Shown here: piece by piece, positions 49,030 to 58,727 of the stretch
How the letters are laid out: each line of letters starts with the position of its first letter
Numbering within the stretch: the stretch's first letter is position 1
From: a virus
IMG/VR virus record: IMGVR_UViG_3300037628_000643
Span: 32,001 to 96,000 of that record
Reading direction: 5' to 3' (one strand)
DNA length: 64,000 nt
Notes under the pieces: model-generated
Seen by the model: only the letters and a program-made list of their open reading frames with translations
Database searches by the model: none
What the model was told of the DNA's origin: nothing
Program-made: the position numbers and the translations under genes

Positions 49030-49523
49030 GCACCGTATACTTTATCTCTGACACGCATTTTGGTCACAGAAACATTTGCAAGTACAGAACAGAATTTAAC
49101 TCTGCCGAAGAGCATGATGAGTTTGTGTTCGACAATATTATGTCAACTGGAAGTAAGCGGGATACGCTCTGGATGCTAGGTGATCTATTTTTCACTGAAG
49201 AATCAATAAAAAAATTTGACGAGATAAACAATAAATTCAACTGTGTCAACGTTATTTTTGGTAATCATTGTACCGAGGGTAAAGGAAAAATTATTAGCAA
49301 ATACATAGCTAATAATTGCAATCGGTTTGGATCTATGTTTAAGTATAAGGGTTTCTGGTTGACTCATGCACCGATACACGCAAATGAACTGAGAGGAAAG
49401 TATAATATTCATGGGCATACGCATCATCATATTATTGATGATCATCGGTATATAAATGTTTCCGTTGAGAATATTAATTATAAGCCAATTTCATATAACG
49501 AGATAATGGAGAGAGTGAAATGA
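49026..49523 (+). CDS. calcineurin-like metallophosphoesterase
   Basis: SDTHFGH, LGD, GNH, HAP, HGHTH. Confidence 0.9.
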   Translation: MSTVYFISDTHFGHRNICKYRTEFNSAEEHDEFVFDNIMSTGSKRDTLWMLGDLFFTEESIKKFDEINNKFNCVNVIFGNHCTEGKGKIISKYIANNCNRFGSMFKYKGFWLTHAPIHANELRGKYNIHGHTHHHIIDDHRYINVSVENINYKPISYNEIMERVK

Positions 49524-49837
49524 AGAATATATTGTATGAAAATACACATGGACTAATAGAGTTTCTTATTGAGATAGGAGAGGATGTGGAGTACTCAATG
49601 CAATTTAAGGTTTTCGAAGTGACCAGCCGGAATTTAGATGACTCTCCGTATGGTATGGAAGAATATTTAACTGGATCAGTTAAGTGGGACGGATGTTCGA
49701 ATTTTAATTTCGGAGACGAGGGATATATTCATCTTTGTGGAAAGAGTGGGATTATTACTCATAACTTTATAGTCAGTAAAGTATTTGAGCTGGCTGAAAG
49801 CACTATAACCAATTTTGATATGGATGTTGCGTATTAG
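49520..49837 (+). CDS. hypothetical protein
   Basis: G.VKWDGCS motif, ATGA overlap. Confidence 0.65.
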   Translation: MKNILYENTHGLIEFLIEIGEDVEYSMQFKVFEVTSRNLDDSPYGMEEYLTGSVKWDGCSNFNFGDEGYIHLCGKSGIITHNFIVSKVFELAESTITNFDMDVAY

Positions 49838-49861
49838 CAGGATATCGATAGGAGAATAATT

Positions 49862-50062
49862 ATGCGATTAATCGAAGATCTACACAATCAGATATTTGAA
49901 ATACAAGACAAGATAAAGACAATACAGAGCCAGTGTTCACATCCAGAGTCTGCTGTCGAGTCTAAAAATAGTTCTGCTACGGGAGACCCCTATAGTAATG
50001 ATGAATATTGGACAGATAACCATTGTCAGTTGTGCGGTAAAAAATGGCGCGGAAAACAGTGA
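49862..50062 (+). CDS. small Cys/His protein
   Basis: Q..C.H...C..CGK.W. Confidence 0.6.
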   Translation: MRLIEDLHNQIFEIQDKIKTIQSQCSHPESAVESKNSSATGDPYSNDEYWTDNHCQLCGKKWRGKQ

Positions 50063-50072
50063 GGAGGAAAAT

Positions 50073-50336
50073 ATGAGCTATACAATCGAAATGTACTATA
50101 AGGGTTCATTAGTGTTTCGTTTTCCTTACAGTAGCGCACAATCTATAAATGACGTTGAGATCTTTCGCGGTTCCGATGCAAGGGATTTTTATAATGATGT
50201 GCGGCGTAATAATATGCCGTATACGAGCAATTGGTCTATATGGAGCGAATTAGCAGATGTTGATCTTGATAGACTTCGTCTGTTTTTGATGCCTATTCGT
50301 AAGATGCCGAATCGCAAAAGCAGGAGGCTAGTGTGA
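50073..50336 (+). CDS. hypothetical protein
   Basis: GAGGAGG RBS before ATG 50073. Confidence 0.6.
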   Translation: MSYTIEMYYKGSLVFRFPYSSAQSINDVEIFRGSDARDFYNDVRRNNMPYTSNWSIWSELADVDLDRLRLFLMPIRKMPNRKSRRLV

Positions 50337-50713
50337 GAGAAATTAAATTTAGAGGTTGGTTCCAAGGAAAGATGTACTACAGGACATTACATGATCAATC
50401 TTGGGTCGCTGATCGAGATAGTGTTCTACCTGTAGTATATAGTGATGATGATAAATTTGAAATCATGCAGTATATAGGATTAAAAAACAGTAAGGGTGTC
50501 GAGGTATTTGACGGTGATATTATAAAGATGGAAGGTGTAGAGCCTACTGAAGTATTTTATTCTAACCCTGATTTTGGGTATGTAGTCTGGATAGAGTCTA
50601 TGCAGGCGTATATGTCTATGGCATTTCTTAATGGTTACAAAAATTTTGAAGTGATCGGTAATAAATTTGAGAACCCAGAACTGATAACTAATAATGATGA
50701 TATAGGAGGCTAG
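50333..50713 (+). CDS. YopX-family protein
   Basis: MREIKFR.W, MQY.GLK..KG.E.F.GDI, EVIGN.FENPEL. Confidence 0.9.
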   Translation: MREIKFRGWFQGKMYYRTLHDQSWVADRDSVLPVVYSDDDKFEIMQYIGLKNSKGVEVFDGDIIKMEGVEPTEVFYSNPDFGYVVWIESMQAYMSMAFLNGYKNFEVIGNKFENPELITNNDDIGG

Positions 50714-50714
50714 C

Positions 50715-50939
50715 ATGGAAGAGAATGGTGTACACAAAGAAACATTTTTCCAAAGTGCCAGCGATGGAATCCCGTCTCATTGGGTTGTTTTCTATTGGCC
50801 TGAAGACTTACACCCAATGCATGACACACATGAAGCTGAGTATTTTGGAGACTATAAAAAAGCGCAAGAGTTTGAGGCTTCATTACAGGCTTTTGATGAT
50901 TGGTGTTCAGTTCAAGAAGAGCCGCTTGCAGTTCAATGA
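50715..50939 (+). CDS. hypothetical protein
   Basis: 74 aa, AGGAGG RBS. Confidence 0.6.
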   Translation: MEENGVHKETFFQSASDGIPSHWVVFYWPEDLHPMHDTHEAEYFGDYKKAQEFEASLQAFDDWCSVQEEPLAVQ

Positions 50940-50955
50940 TATGGAGGAGAATAAC

Positions 50956-51156
50956 ATGAAACAAACACCAGTAACGCCTCAGATTTCAGATTGCTTTTGT
51001 GGCTCCAAAGCAAAAGCAATCGATTGGGATTTCAAAGATATGTGGCAAGTTATGTGCGATAAAAATCATACGCTTACAAAAGAATGCGGAACTAGGCATA
51101 GAGCGACCTGTCTTTGGAATAATAGGATAGCAGAAATAATTGGTGTAGGAGAATGA
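50956..51156 (+). CDS. small zinc-finger protein (Lar-like pattern)
   Basis: C.CG...V.C...A...WNNR; GGAGGA RBS. Confidence 0.5.
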   Translation: MKQTPVTPQISDCFCGSKAKAIDWDFKDMWQVMCDKNHTLTKECGTRHRATCLWNNRIAEIIGVGE

Positions 51157-51157
51157 T

Positions 51158-51421
51158 ATGACAACACATTATACAGTAGTTTATACAATCCATGATAGAG
51201 AAGCTTTTGAAGAAACGCGGAAAAGGCTGAATGCAGACATGAAACCTTCTGAAGGTGAGCCGTTCGCAATTACAGCTATTAGTTGTGATCATGAAATACA
51301 AAGATGCCACTGGTATGAAGTGGCTTCAGAGACAGTTGATGATGATTTGCTCAGGGACACGATGGATGACATTGCTTCTCGCGTAGATATTGGAAGTATC
51401 GAATCTTTGGATGACCTTTAA
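51158..51421 (+). CDS. hypothetical protein
   Basis: 87 aa, AGGAG RBS. Confidence 0.6.
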   Translation: MTTHYTVVYTIHDREAFEETRKRLNADMKPSEGEPFAITAISCDHEIQRCHWYEVASETVDDDLLRDTMDDIASRVDIGSIESLDDL

Positions 51422-51447
51422 TTCATTTATACATAGGAGATAAAAAT

Positions 51448-51642
51448 ATGGGCGAGTATCTTAAAGAAATTAACCATAAATGGAGCGATAATAACATGTG
51501 TGGCTCTTACAAAGATGGTAAGGGCAAAAACTTTCGCCTCTTATTGCTTGGTAGTGGCAATCCTAATATGTCACTAAAGAAAAAGGATGTTATTGCTTTA
51601 GCCAAATATTTCAACCTCACGCAAGAGGATATAAGACAATGA
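51448..51642 (+). CDS. hypothetical protein
   Basis: 64 aa, AGGAG RBS. Confidence 0.6.
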   Translation: MGEYLKEINHKWSDNNMCGSYKDGKGKNFRLLLLGSGNPNMSLKKKDVIALAKYFNLTQEDIRQ

Positions 51643-51917
51643 AATATTTACCTCACATAACAGATTGTGAGGACACCTGCTGGCACCTGCTGGAGATGCA
51701 TTTTTGTATTGACTTCGGTGGAAGGCAGATACAGATGGAATTCCAGAGAGAAGAAGAAGGTAACTACATTACTAAATCAGCTACATTCTACTATCTTGAA
51801 AATTCATTTGAGACAGAAATCGATGTAGATAGATCATCAGATGAGACTCAGAAAATGTTTGGCATCTTTGATGCTGCTTTCGGTGCTTTCGCTGAATATG
51901 ATGTTAAGGAGGATTGA
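51639..51917 (+). CDS. hypothetical protein
   Basis: 92 aa, ATGA overlap. Confidence 0.6.
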   Translation: MKYLPHITDCEDTCWHLLEMHFCIDFGGRQIQMEFQREEEGNYITKSATFYYLENSFETEIDVDRSSDETQKMFGIFDAAFGAFAEYDVKED

Positions 51918-52096
51918 TCATGAGTAACAAGGTAGTAAAGAGGCTTGTTGGAGCAATAGAGCACTCTTGTAGAAATTGTGTTTTTGACGATGACGATATT
52001 GCTTGTATTGCTACAGACTGTACCGATGATGAATGCGAGTGTATTTATGTTTTCAGCGATACGGACAATCTCACACCAGAAGACATAAACCAATGA
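51914..52096 (+). CDS. small Cys-rich protein
   Basis: SC..C.F...C...C motif, AGGAGG RBS. Confidence 0.55.
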   Translation: MIMSNKVVKRLVGAIEHSCRNCVFDDDDIACIATDCTDDECECIYVFSDTDNLTPEDINQ

Positions 52097-52287
52097 AGGA
52101 TTGCAATAGCTGTAGATATAGGCCATGCACGTCCATCTCTGAGTATTGCTTGCAAATTTTAAGTAAGCAGCAAATAAAAGACGCATTAAGTGGAAAAGAA
52201 TGCAGCTTGTTCAAATGGCCTTTAGACTCTGACGGTAATGAAGTCAAGGGCAGTGAAGCCTATTTGTATTATGAGAGATTAGACTAA
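52093..52287 (+). CDS. small Cys-rich protein
   Basis: ATGA overlap, C..C...C. Confidence 0.5.
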   Translation: MKDCNSCRYRPCTSISEYCLQILSKQQIKDALSGKECSLFKWPLDSDGNEVKGSEAYLYYERLD

Positions 52288-52490
52288 CAATTTAACAGGA
52301 GAAACAAAATGAAAACATTTGAATGTATTGAAGATGGAGTTGTGCCAAAAGAATTTTATGAGGCAGAAAAGAATGGGTTGATTCAGGTTTTTACTGCAAT
52401 CGGTTGGATTGATGTCGATGAAACTGAGTTTAGGAATTCACTGCTGTATAGAATTAAAGAAGACTAATATTTTAACAGGAGAAACAAATG
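52281..52490 (+). repeat. ~30 bp direct repeats flanking a small gene
   Basis: AGACTAACAATTTAACAGGAGAAACAAAATG (52281) and AGACTAATATTTTAACAGGAGAAACAAATG (52461). Confidence 0.85.
52309..52467 (+). CDS. small hypothetical protein absent from ORF track (52 aa)
   Basis: MKTFECIEDG...YRIKED with AGGAG RBS. Confidence 0.7.
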   Translation: MKTFECIEDGVVPKEFYEAEKNGLIQVFTAIGWIDVDETEFRNSLLYRIKED

Positions 52491-52829
52491 ATATATATCG
52501 CATCACCGTACACATCGGTATTGCCGAACAAGAACGGAATTAATGTAATGCAACGCCGTTATGAGGTTGTTATGGAATTCGTTGCAAATAATCTTGAGAT
52601 GCCATTTTTCAGTCCGATACTCTATTGCCATGAAATGGCAAAGAAGTACGAGCTGCCAAAAACATTTGGTTACTGGCAAAAATTAAATCATCATTATATT
52701 GATATATCCACTGAGGTGTGGGTATTAAAAATGAATGGCTGGGAGGAGTCTAAAGGTGTTAGTGATGAAATACAATACGCAACAGAGATAGGTAAGAATG
52801 TTATTTACGTTAAAATGGAGGATTTATGA
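52488..52829 (+). CDS. DUF1937 / nucleoside deoxyribosyltransferase-like protein
   Basis: IYIASPYT, FSPI...H, GW.ES.GV..EI..A. Confidence 0.8.
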   Translation: MIYIASPYTSVLPNKNGINVMQRRYEVVMEFVANNLEMPFFSPILYCHEMAKKYELPKTFGYWQKLNHHYIDISTEVWVLKMNGWEESKGVSDEIQYATEIGKNVIYVKMEDL

Positions 52830-53974
52830 GTTATAGAATTAAAAGCATTAATGAGGAAAAGAAGTTAGCAGCATTACTTTCGTATAATTCAGTTGAGCTT
52901 TTTAAGGAAGCAGGATGTATTATTGCTGGAGGCGCGATAACTTCTGTGTTTACAAACCAAGAAGTTAATGATATTGATGTGTATTTTAAATCTGAGGAGA
53001 GCTTGTTTCGAACATTAGCTTCTATCTTTTGTGCGGAAGAATATCACAACTTTACAGAGATGGAACAGTTTGAATTTATCTATAATGGCAGTAGTCTTCG
53101 GACGCTGATGTTTCAGTGCGAAGGGCAGCAAGAAGTTCAGTTCATGACATTCAAATATTTTGATTCAGCAGAGGATATTTTTGAAGCATTTGATTTTACA
53201 TGTTGTATGGGTGCTTTCGACTGCGCCTCTGGCGAATTTGTGCTTCATGATGACTTTATGAAACATAACTCACAAAGATATCTTAAGTTCAATAATGGGA
53301 CAGATTACCCGTTAATGTCACTTTTGCGTGTTGATAAATACCGGAAAAAGGGCTTTTCAATATCAAAAGCTGAACTGCTTCGCGTTGCATTTTCATGTAT
53401 GTCATTGAATATTTCGACATGGGAAGAGCTACGAAATCATATTGGTGGTATGTACGGGTATGATATGAGTGATGTTTTTGACGAAACTCAAGACTTTGAT
53501 ATCGCTAATGCTTGTGATCAGCTGAGCAACCTTGACGAGAAAGACATTAAGGTAATCGTTCTGGATGATAAAAACTTAAGTTTGTTTAAAATAGCTGAAA
53601 AGTTTTGTGATATCGAGATAGACAATAAAGAGGAGGTTTTCGATGACAAGAAGTACATTTACAAATGCGTAAATTCAGCTTGGAAGTCACCGATATCAAG
53701 CTCTAAGATATCCTATAAGGAGGGCGATATTATTGACACGAAAAATACTGGCAAGCTGTTTTTTAATAAAAATTCAGATAACTTGTATTTTGAGTCATGT
53801 TATTGGGTTGAGGCCGAGATAATATCTGGAGATTCAGAGCCTTTAGAAAATAATAATGAGAAAATAGTTATAAACGGGCAGATAAAAATAGTCAGGACTT
53901 TTATTTATGACCGTAGAAATGGTGAAAAAATACAGAAAATTATGGATAAGTATTTAATAGATTTTGATGAGTAG
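52826..53974 (+). CDS. nucleotidyltransferase-fold protein
   Basis: IAGGAI.S......DIDVYF, FDFT.C, R..KY..KGF. Confidence 0.7.
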   Translation: MSYRIKSINEEKKLAALLSYNSVELFKEAGCIIAGGAITSVFTNQEVNDIDVYFKSEESLFRTLASIFCAEEYHNFTEMEQFEFIYNGSSLRTLMFQCEGQQEVQFMTFKYFDSAEDIFEAFDFTCCMGAFDCASGEFVLHDDFMKHNSQRYLKFNNGTDYPLMSLLRVDKYRKKGFSISKAELLRVAFSCMSLNISTWEELRNHIGGMYGYDMSDVFDETQDFDIANACDQLSNLDEKDIKVIVLDDKNLSLFKIAEKFCDIEIDNKEEVFDDKKYIYKCVNSAWKSPISSSKISYKEGDIIDTKNTGKLFFNKNSDNLYFESCYWVEAEIISGDSEPLENNNEKIVINGQIKIVRTFIYDRRNGEKIQKIMDKYLIDFDE

Positions 53975-54013
53975 TGTTATAATACACGACCAAAAAACAA
54001 CATAAGGAACAAC

Positions 54014-54262
54014 ATGAACTTAATTCTTTTTAGTGCGCCTGCGTGGTGCACTCCTTGTAAGATGCTTAAAAAATACGCAGATGAGAATAACGTTGAGTTC
54101 ACTGCAATATATGATATTGATACAGAAGAAGGTGCAGCTATCGCTCAAAAATACGCCGTGAGAGGTGTGCCAATGGTGATTAGGTTGGATGATGACGTGG
54201 AAAAAGGAAGGTTACTAGGTATGGATATTAATAAGTTTAATGAATTGAGGAATGCAAGTTGA
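54014..54262 (+). CDS. thioredoxin
   Basis: WCTPC, VRGVP. Confidence 0.9.
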   Translation: MNLILFSAPAWCTPCKMLKKYADENNVEFTAIYDIDTEEGAAIAQKYAVRGVPMVIRLDDDVEKGRLLGMDINKFNELRNAS

Positions 54263-55186
54263 GAACAGAGTTTACAAATGACTTCTCAGAAGAAGTATGG
54301 GCGTCAACATATAAGTACCATAAAGATAAAAATGTTGACGATACATTAATGCGAGTAGCCAAGGCTGCAGCATCCGTAGAAAAAACAGAAGCAAAGAAGG
54401 AGGAATGGACTGAAAAGTTTTACGATATGCTTGGTGGCTTCAAGAATACATCAGGTGGTCGCATATATGCAAATGCCGGTACTGATTATAATGGAGTCAC
54501 ACTTCTGAATTGCTATGTTGGCCCAGAGGTTACAGGCACTAAAGACAGCTTGGATGGCATACTTAAAGTCTTAAGAGATCAGGCGCAGACATTAAAATCA
54601 GAAGGAGGCTGGGGTTATAATTTTAGCTTCATACGGCCCCGTGGAGCATTTATATATGGCGTTGGAGTAGAAACGCCTGGAGCCGTGCGATACATGGAGC
54701 TCTTTGATAAGTCCTCAGATATTATAACTTCAGGAAGTGGGCTTAATGGCTCTGATAATAAGAATAAAAAAGGAAAGATTCGCAAGGGAGCTATGATGTC
54801 AGTTTTGGACTGTGCCCATCCCGACGTGATTGAGTTTATACAGGCGAAACAAACATCTGGCAGATTGTCAAAATTTAATATGTCTGTTAATTGCACTGAT
54901 GAGTTTATGAATCTAGTTGCTAAAAACGATGACTCATTAGATTGGGATTTGATTTTTCCAGAAACAACACACCCTAATTATGACGAAGAATGGAAGGGTG
55001 ATCTATCTGATTGGATAGAAAAAGGCTATCCAGTAAAGGTGTACAAAACAGTAAAAGTCCAGTGGTTATGGAATTTGATTATGGAGTCAACGTATAACAG
55101 AGCCGAGCCTGGAGTGCTTTTTTTAGATAGAGCAAATGATCTTAATGAGCTTAATTATTTGGTAAAAATAGTCGCGAGTAACCCGT
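54259..55186 (+). CDS. nrdJ: class II (B12-dependent) ribonucleotide reductase, exon 1
   Basis: GGRI..NAG, TL.NCYV, GG.G.NFS.IRP.G, R.GA.M, HPD..EFI, FN.SV, EPG..F.D, ends ASNP. Confidence 0.9.
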
Positions 55187-55416
55187 TAAACCTAGCGGCC
55201 TGATGTAGTGATGCATCTTGAATAACCCTGAATATCGGTGGAAGTCTGGAGGCAGATAATACCGAGACACAAGCGTAATGGCGAGGTCGTAGAGACTACC
55301 AAGGGGAATCTTTATAAGATTGTGGTATAGTCCGATCTGCATTTATAACCTAAAAAGAAGATGCAGAGACTAGCAGAGATGACTAGTCCACTCAGAGATG
55401 AGTAGTAACAATAATG
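55187..55416 (+). ncRNA. ORF-less group I self-splicing intron (230 nt)
   Basis: removal restores NPCGEQ; exon ends in U, intron ends in G; P1 CCGU/GCGG, P7 GACUA/UAGUC, P2, P5, P8, P9 hairpins. Confidence 0.92.
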
Positions 55417-57005
55417 GTGGTGAACAACTATTAAGCCCAGCAGGAGTTTGCAATCTTGGTAGTATGAATATTGCAAAATTTGTAAAGAATGGAAAATTAG
55501 ACAAAGAAGGTATTGAAAAATATGCAAGATACCTAACAAGATTTTTGGATAACATAAACTCACTAACGCTTGCTCCTTTGAAGGAATATAAAGAGTTTGC
55601 AGAGAAGTCCAGAAGAATAGGTGTTGGTATTTTAGGTTGGGCTTCTGCTCTGTACCTAATGAAAACACGATTCGGCTCCGATGAAGCTCAAGCCATACGC
55701 GACGACATGATGAAATTAATTTCTCATACGGTTGTTGATGAGAGTATCAATCTTGCGGAAGAAAAAGGCATGTTCGAATGGTGTGATCCAGAAAAGCATG
55801 CAGAAGCTAAGTGGTTTAAACAGATTGGATTGCCTCAGTCACAGATTGAAAGAATTAAAAAGGTTGGCATACGAAATAGCTCTTTAATGAGTATTCAGCC
55901 TACTGGAAATACTTCTATATTTGCCAATATCGTATCTGGTGGATTAGAGCCTATTTTTGCAAAAGAATACGTAAGAACAAGTATTGTTAATGATATTCCA
56001 GAGAACCTAAAAGGAAAGATGCCGTCGTACTGGGAAGGCGAATTCGAAGAGACCGATTGGTTTAAAATGGAGAAAGAGGGCGATGATGATATTCTTAAAT
56101 ACACTGATGAAAACGGTATCGTATTTAAGATTGACAAGTCAAGAGGGTTAACGAAAGAAACTCTTTGCGAAGATTATGCAGTGCATAAAATGAAAGAGTC
56201 TGGCGAATGGGATTCGGATGCTGACTGGGCTGTAGATGCTATGAGTCTGGATGCTGAGCATCATATTAATGACTTTAAAGGTTTTGCTAAATATATAGAC
56301 TCTGCAATTAGTAAGACAATCTGTCTTCCATTTGATTACAGTTTTGAGGACTTTAAAAATCTGTATTTAGATGGATACAATACCGGATATATCAAGGGTT
56401 TGACTACTTACCGATCTGGAACCATGGCATCTGTTCTTTCTGAGAAGAAAGATAATGATGCAAAAGGTATTGATAGTGAGGTTATTATTCCGACTGACGT
56501 TAAGCTGCCGGATGACTCTCCTGCTCGTGTGAAGGTGCTAAGGGCAGAAGGAAGGAAGTGGTACTTAACCGTGACATATCATAACGATACTGATCAGCCG
56601 TTTGCCTTGTTTTGCAGAACTAACAGTAGAGAGAAGTCTGCTCAAACAAGTGACGCTGTTGAGCGGTTTGAATCTCTTGCAAAACGGAAAGGAATCAATA
56701 TTGAGCATATTGAAAAAACTGTCGAGAAAACTTCTCACGAGAACAATATCGATAAGCTGACAAGAATGCTTAGCTTACTTCTTAGGCATGGAGTATCAAT
56801 AAAAAATATTGTTAAAGAAATCGATTGCATGGATGACGTTTATGCTGGGTCGTTCCTTTTTCAGATAAAGAAGTTTCTTAGTCATTATATTAAGGATGGA
56901 GAAGCTGTCGAAGGAGTTAAATGTGAGTCCTGCGGATCTGAAAAAATAGTGTACAGCGAGGGTTGTAGTAAGTGCCTAGAATGTGGGTCAAGTAAATGTA
57001 GTTAA
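55417..57005 (+). CDS. nrdJ: class II ribonucleotide reductase, exon 2
   Basis: (C)GEQ, CNLGS.N, R.G.G..G, RN......PTG..S, SGG.EP, DSAISKT, KG.T.YR, C-terminal Zn ribbon; no nrdB nearby. Confidence 0.9.
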
Positions 57006-57072
57006 AAAGTAGTTGACTAAACAGTAGAGCCCGCGTATAGTGGGCTTTATTATTTATAGGAGGAAATTAATC

Positions 57073-57414
57073 ATGGATCTTAAAGAGGAATTCAACAAGA
57101 TTACTTGGATAAGTCATTTAATTTTAGGTAATAGGGAATTATGTAAAAAAGTTAAGGCCACAGAAGGTTATGATATAGAAAATGTTGAGATTTCATTTAA
57201 GGTAAATGGAGTTGAGTTCGCTGTAGATGCGTTCGAGCAGATAACTAATGAATGGTCTGATCGAATTGAGGAAGAAGTAAAAAAGAAATACGACTTTCTT
57301 GAATCTGAACAAGCTGTAATCAAAAAAGCAGAAGAGTTAATAAAGGATAAATTAAGTGCTACTTGGGATATGCTTAATAATATCGAAGACAATCTTTGGA
57401 AGCTGGAGGAATAA
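57073..57414 (+). CDS. hypothetical protein
   Basis: AGGAGG RBS before ATG 57073; promoter TTGACT-N17-TATAGT at 57013-57041. Confidence 0.7.
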   Translation: MDLKEEFNKITWISHLILGNRELCKKVKATEGYDIENVEISFKVNGVEFAVDAFEQITNEWSDRIEEEVKKKYDFLESEQAVIKKAEELIKDKLSATWDMLNNIEDNLWKLEE

Positions 57415-57487
57415 ATTATGGATCACCAGTGGAGTGAAACGGATAAATCTTTGACATTAAGTATGTATGCATTTAGTATGCATACAA

Positions 57488-58135
57488 TCAATTAGGGCAT
57501 GTTTTTAAGTGCTCTTTAATCTCTTTTGGTCTTCCATAAAAATCGCAGTTAACGCACTGCGATTTTGTCATCGCTTCTTTTATTCTAGCCCTTCTAAGCC
57601 TTCCTTTTTCGCCTTCCCATCCGTTTTCTGATATCTTCTTTTTTGTTTCTTCTGTATGTTTTTTGCCATAAAATGAATTTCCCGCACCAGTTCTAGTTCC
57701 TTTTCTTACTAGTGAAAGATAGTCCTTTGTTTTTTTGCTATGTTTCTTTCCATAGAATCCATTTAGCTCTCCAGAACATGCATCTGATATTTTTTTTCTT
57801 GTGTTTTTGCTAAACCTTATATCAATAGGCGCATTATTCCAATTACTCCATCCTGTGGTTCCTCCTAAGTCTCCACCAAGAGCCTGATTATATGTGTCAG
57901 CCCTTTTTATGAATTCAATATCAACTATTTCAGCTTCTTTCTTATACATTTCTTCTTCTGATTCAAATGTATAGAGAACCTCTCTCGCAAAGTCATTCTT
58001 GTTGTATTTCTTAAGTGCGTCTAGGATTCCTTTTCCAGAGCCGAGATATCCATCATTTATGTCTTCTGTTTTATGTACACCAATATAGATCTTCCCATTG
58101 ATTTTGTTTGATGTTTTGTATAGTATATATAGCAT
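57488..58135 (-). CDS. GIY-YIG homing endonuclease with NUMOD3 repeats (Seg-like)
   Basis: ILYKT.N.INGKIYIG.H, Y.GSG, YN, two FYGKKH(S/T)..TK motifs; inverted relative to neighbours. Confidence 0.92.
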   Translation of the reverse strand: MLYILYKTSNKINGKIYIGVHKTEDINDGYLGSGKGILDALKKYNKNDFAREVLYTFESEEEMYKKEAEIVDIEFIKRADTYNQALGGDLGGTTGWSNWNNAPIDIRFSKNTRKKISDACSGELNGFYGKKHSKKTKDYLSLVRKGTRTGAGNSFYGKKHTEETKKKISENGWEGEKGRLRRARIKEAMTKSQCVNCDFYGRPKEIKEHLKTCPN

Positions 58136-58307
58136 TATGACTTACCTTTTTCTATAGTATATCACTTTTAGTAATTTGTTTGCGACAATCTCAAGGTGAT
58201 GTTATATCCGGTAATAATCACAATGACAGATTTAATTCTGCAGTAAAGCTTGTAAATGGGCTTCTGAAATGATAGTATGTTTTTAAATATAATTTAGGAG
58301 AAAGACC

Positions 58308-58727
58308 ATGAACCTTAAATTCGAAGCTTGGGATACAGAAAATAATATTATGTATCGAGTTGGAGATGATTATGGAACGACATCACATCTAGAACCAATT
58401 AAATATCTATCCGAGGGTCAGCCGGTTATTGTGAGGCAGTATATTGGTATTGAATACCCTTGCGGCAGAGATATTTTTTCTGGAGACATTTGTCATATTG
58501 TAAAAGATCGCTTCGGAAAAGGCAAAGATGAAATATGGACTATTGAGTATGGATGCTTTGGTGATGCGAAGTATTATGTTTATAATCAGCTCAATTCATG
58601 CAGAGAGATAGAAACGGAATATGGTGATGTTTATTTTATTGCATCAGAAGAAAGAGTATACATTGAGTATTTTGGTAATAAATATGAGAATAGCGGTATT
58701 ATGAGTGGAGGAGTAAGTCATGACTGA
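58308..58727 (+). CDS. YopX-family protein (second copy)
   Basis: LKF.AWD, QYIG......IF.GDI, GN.YEN. Confidence 0.75.
   Translation: MNLKFEAWDTENNIMYRVGDDYGTTSHLEPIKYLSEGQPVIVRQYIGIEYPCGRDIFSGDICHIVKDRFGKGKDEIWTIEYGCFGDAKYYVYNQLNSCREIETEYGDVYFIASEERVYIEYFGNKYENSGIMSGGVSHD

Noticed and set aside
54259-57005. RNR as frameshifted pseudogene, two-subunit split enzyme or intein
   Set aside because: The intervening 230 nt has group I structure and exact removal restores NPCGEQ; it has stops, so not an intein
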